A stretch of DNA of 61,649 bases, the filler included, from Ionaspis alba (taxonomy: Eukaryota), in assembly GCA_964255285.1 (NCBI GenBank). It is 11 parts of 11 records of this genome, joined end to end, with 100 filler letters (N's around TTAATTAATTAA, not from the genome) between each part and the next. Parts side by side here need not be neighbours in the genome. Positions count along the whole stretch, not along the records: positions 56,194 to 61,649 come from CAXUUL010001009.1; 10 more parts are not named here. One strand, written 5' to 3'. Below, piece after piece: positions 59,231-61,649 of the stretch. The notes under the pieces are model-generated. The model worked only from the letters and a program-made list of their open reading frames with translations, did not search any database and had not been told where the DNA came from. The stretch's first letter is position 1. Every line of letters begins with the position of its first letter. Both the position numbers and the translations under genes were made by a program.

Positions 59231-61247
59231 GATTGAAGATCAAGGGAGAAGATGGAGAATAGGTAGTCGACAACGCGAAGACTTGAAAGAGGTAGTTGTC
59301 GAAGCTATGACGAAACGGGCACAGGTGGTACTGAGACGATGAGACAGAGGCTCATGCTTTGGTGTCGCAAAGTGCCGCGGGCGGTGTTTGGGAAGAGCAA
59401 TTGTTGATCATGCCATTTGATCGGGTAACGAATGCGGTTGGTCGTGGCAGGCAGGAAATATTCTGAACGACGTAGTATCGAAGTTGACTATTCCTCTCCC
59501 TCTCCTATTATTGTCCTGCACTTCTGCGGAGATAGGGTAGTGGGTTTTGCCAACGGCGTATTCTCGAAGCAGAAGGTTAGAAAAAGTTGCGGGGGATTGG
59601 CTGTCAAGCTTCGCAAGCCACAAGTAACGCTCCAATAATATTACGCGAGAAGGGCCGTTAATGAAAAAAGGGTTCAAGAATGAACGAATGACTGGATAAT
59701 TACAATGCAATACGAAGAAGAGGTAGAAGATGATACGAGATGACAGAACTTCTTGTGGTGTTGCAAAGAACAGGAGACGGTGTTGCAACAGACATCTCAC
59801 GAGATCCTCCTTCCTCTTAGTCCGGTGGTACCGGTCTGTGCAGAATCAAATTATAATAATCATCGACCGGCTTTCCCTGCACAGATCCACTTTTGGTTCG
59901 TGGGGAAATTACACGTTCGCTTGAGTATGAACTCCCACGTGTGCAATGCGGACTAGATGCCTCTACTGCACTTTTACTCGAAGAGTGGATAAGCAGACTG
60001 TACAGAAAATTGTTTGCTGACACGATATCTTTCGTGACCTAGCTCAAAGTAACACGCTGAGCAAGGTGGTTCTTTGGTGATTTTTCTTTGTGTCTGTCTT
60101 CTTTTCCAGCAGAGAAAATCGAAGTTCGTCGATGACCCTTGTTCGAGTCTACTACTACTAGAACGAAGAAATTCTTTGCCGATGTCAGCGTCTGCCCTTA
60201 GCCCCTTTCAGAAGATCAGATTAGACTAGATAGAAGCCCTTGTGAGCGTGTTTGGATCTTTCTAGTAACTTATCGCTCTATTGACTATTCATATTGCAGA
60301 GTGGAGAGGTCGCACATGCCACACGTTACACGCTGCAATCTGAAAACAATAATGCTGTGAGATGGCTTTGAACTTTTCAGCGAGTGTTTATGCAAAGCAA
60401 GTCGATCTGTACTGACTCAATTGACTAATCTACCTTGTGAATGAACGAGAAACTACCGGGCGTCGAAGATCTAAGCAGCAACTCATCGACCTCAACGCAT
60501 GTACCACCAACTCATGCTCTTCCCCAGGCAATCCTCTCATCAGGAAAAGCACCCAAGGGGTATCAGACGCCTCCAGTGCCGTCGTGAATACCTGCTTCCA
60601 CGGCCACGTTCTAGAACACTCTGATCGTCCGGCATATATTCCCTTGACATCAAATATCAAAGGGCATTCAGGGTTTGGTCAAATGCGTAAGAGGTACGTG
60701 GCACTAGGCAAGTCTCGTGTAAAGTAAGGGGAGCTGCCGGCAATTCGTAAGATCATCTGTTCTGTTTCCAATGGATTTGCAAAAAAATGCTGTAGGAGAA
60801 CGAGCAGATTGGTAATCACGTGACGCCGTAGACTCATACATGAAAGGAGACGGAGCATATTCTAAGTAGATCTTATCGCAATCGAGAGTCGGATTGCATT
60901 GCAACTCTATTGAAGGAAATTCGCTGTTTCTAAACCTGGGAGTGGATCAGCACAGCAGCAAAGATGAATAATATGTATCCGAGTAGAGGCAGATCAGATG
61001 AAGATAAAGACCTGACGCCTTCGCCATGGTATTATGGTATATTGTATAAACAGTTCCAGAACTCTTGATATCTCCAACTCCGCGTTCCCGTTGATCAATA
61101 ATGAAACCGTCAAACAGTCAACAAAACTCAATCCAGACTTTGTCCCTAAATCCCTTTGCTATACAGTACTCAATGGTATAGTAGATAATAAATCAAGGTC
61201 TTGCTAGCATTCACAGAAATCATCCTCACTCGATGGCCACGAGAATC

Positions 61248-61649
61248 TCACACGGCGTTCCCGGCTGTTCCAGGAGCATGATGGGCAGGTCCGGCGCTAG
61301 GTCCTTCGCCAGAAATATGTACAGGCTCAGGATGTACCGGAATCATGCCCGACGGCTCTCCTGCTCCTGACATGGCGTACGAGGAGCGATCATCCGGTTC
61401 TGCCCTAGCTTTGCCATTTTCGGCTACTGGAGGAACTTGCTGCTGGAATTGTGGCGAATATGGTTGGTACGCAGAGTAAGTTTGATAGCTCTGCCGAGGA
61501 GGTTGATAACCCGGGCCAGCTTGCTGCATTGGCTGTTGATAGCCCTGAGGTGGAAGTACACCTCGTCTTTCCATACCCGCAAGCATTTCCTCGGCAATTT
61601 TGACGGCCTTCTCGTTTGTTGCGGAATTGTTCCTTCGGTGGGTATCGAC
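61248..61649 (-). CDS. C-terminal Pro/Gln-rich tail of an unidentified protein entering from beyond the window
   Basis: Frame open from 61649 (VDTHRRNNSATNEKAVKIAEEMLAGMERRG...PPQGYQQPMQQ...) to TGA at 61248. Confidence 0.6.
   Translation of the reverse strand, partial: VDTHRRNNSATNEKAVKIAEEMLAGMERRGVLPPQGYQQPMQQAGPGYQPPRQSYQTYSAYQPYSPQFQQQVPPVAENGKARAEPDDRSSYAMSGAGEPSGMIPVHPEPVHISGEGPSAGPAHHAPGTAGNAV

Overview
Filamentous ascomycete (Pezizomycotina; possibly a lichen-forming Lecanoromycete, which is inference) nuclear DNA with short GT-AG introns. The window is not one locus. It is 11 scaffolds joined by artificial 100-bp N-TTAATTAATTAA-N spacers and sorted by decreasing length (about 5.58 to 5.46 kb), so gene neighbourhoods are meaningful only inside a scaffold. 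Recognisable genes: MIL1/DUF726 (partial), a conserved 274-aa unknown, a Zn2Cys6 transcription factor, CCDC130/Saf4, RAD4, ORM1, an Air1/2-like zinc-knuckle protein, CWH41, MSO1, CRD1, UPF1, ENP1/bystin, ASH2/BRE2, an SCPx-type thiolase start and PalI. Most notable: (i) a PTH11-like 7-TM receptor domain fused, with no intron at the junction, to a FucP-type MFS sugar permease (candidate transceptor); (ii) a scaffold carrying two divergent paralogues of an unrecognised family with a Myb/HTH-like motif, one with a broken splice acceptor; (iii) candidate NMD-linked regulatory elements (a canonical intron 1 kb downstream of the UPF1 stop, a possible poison exon in ORM1 intron 1, uORFs). No tRNA, rRNA, CRISPR or intact transposon was recognised.
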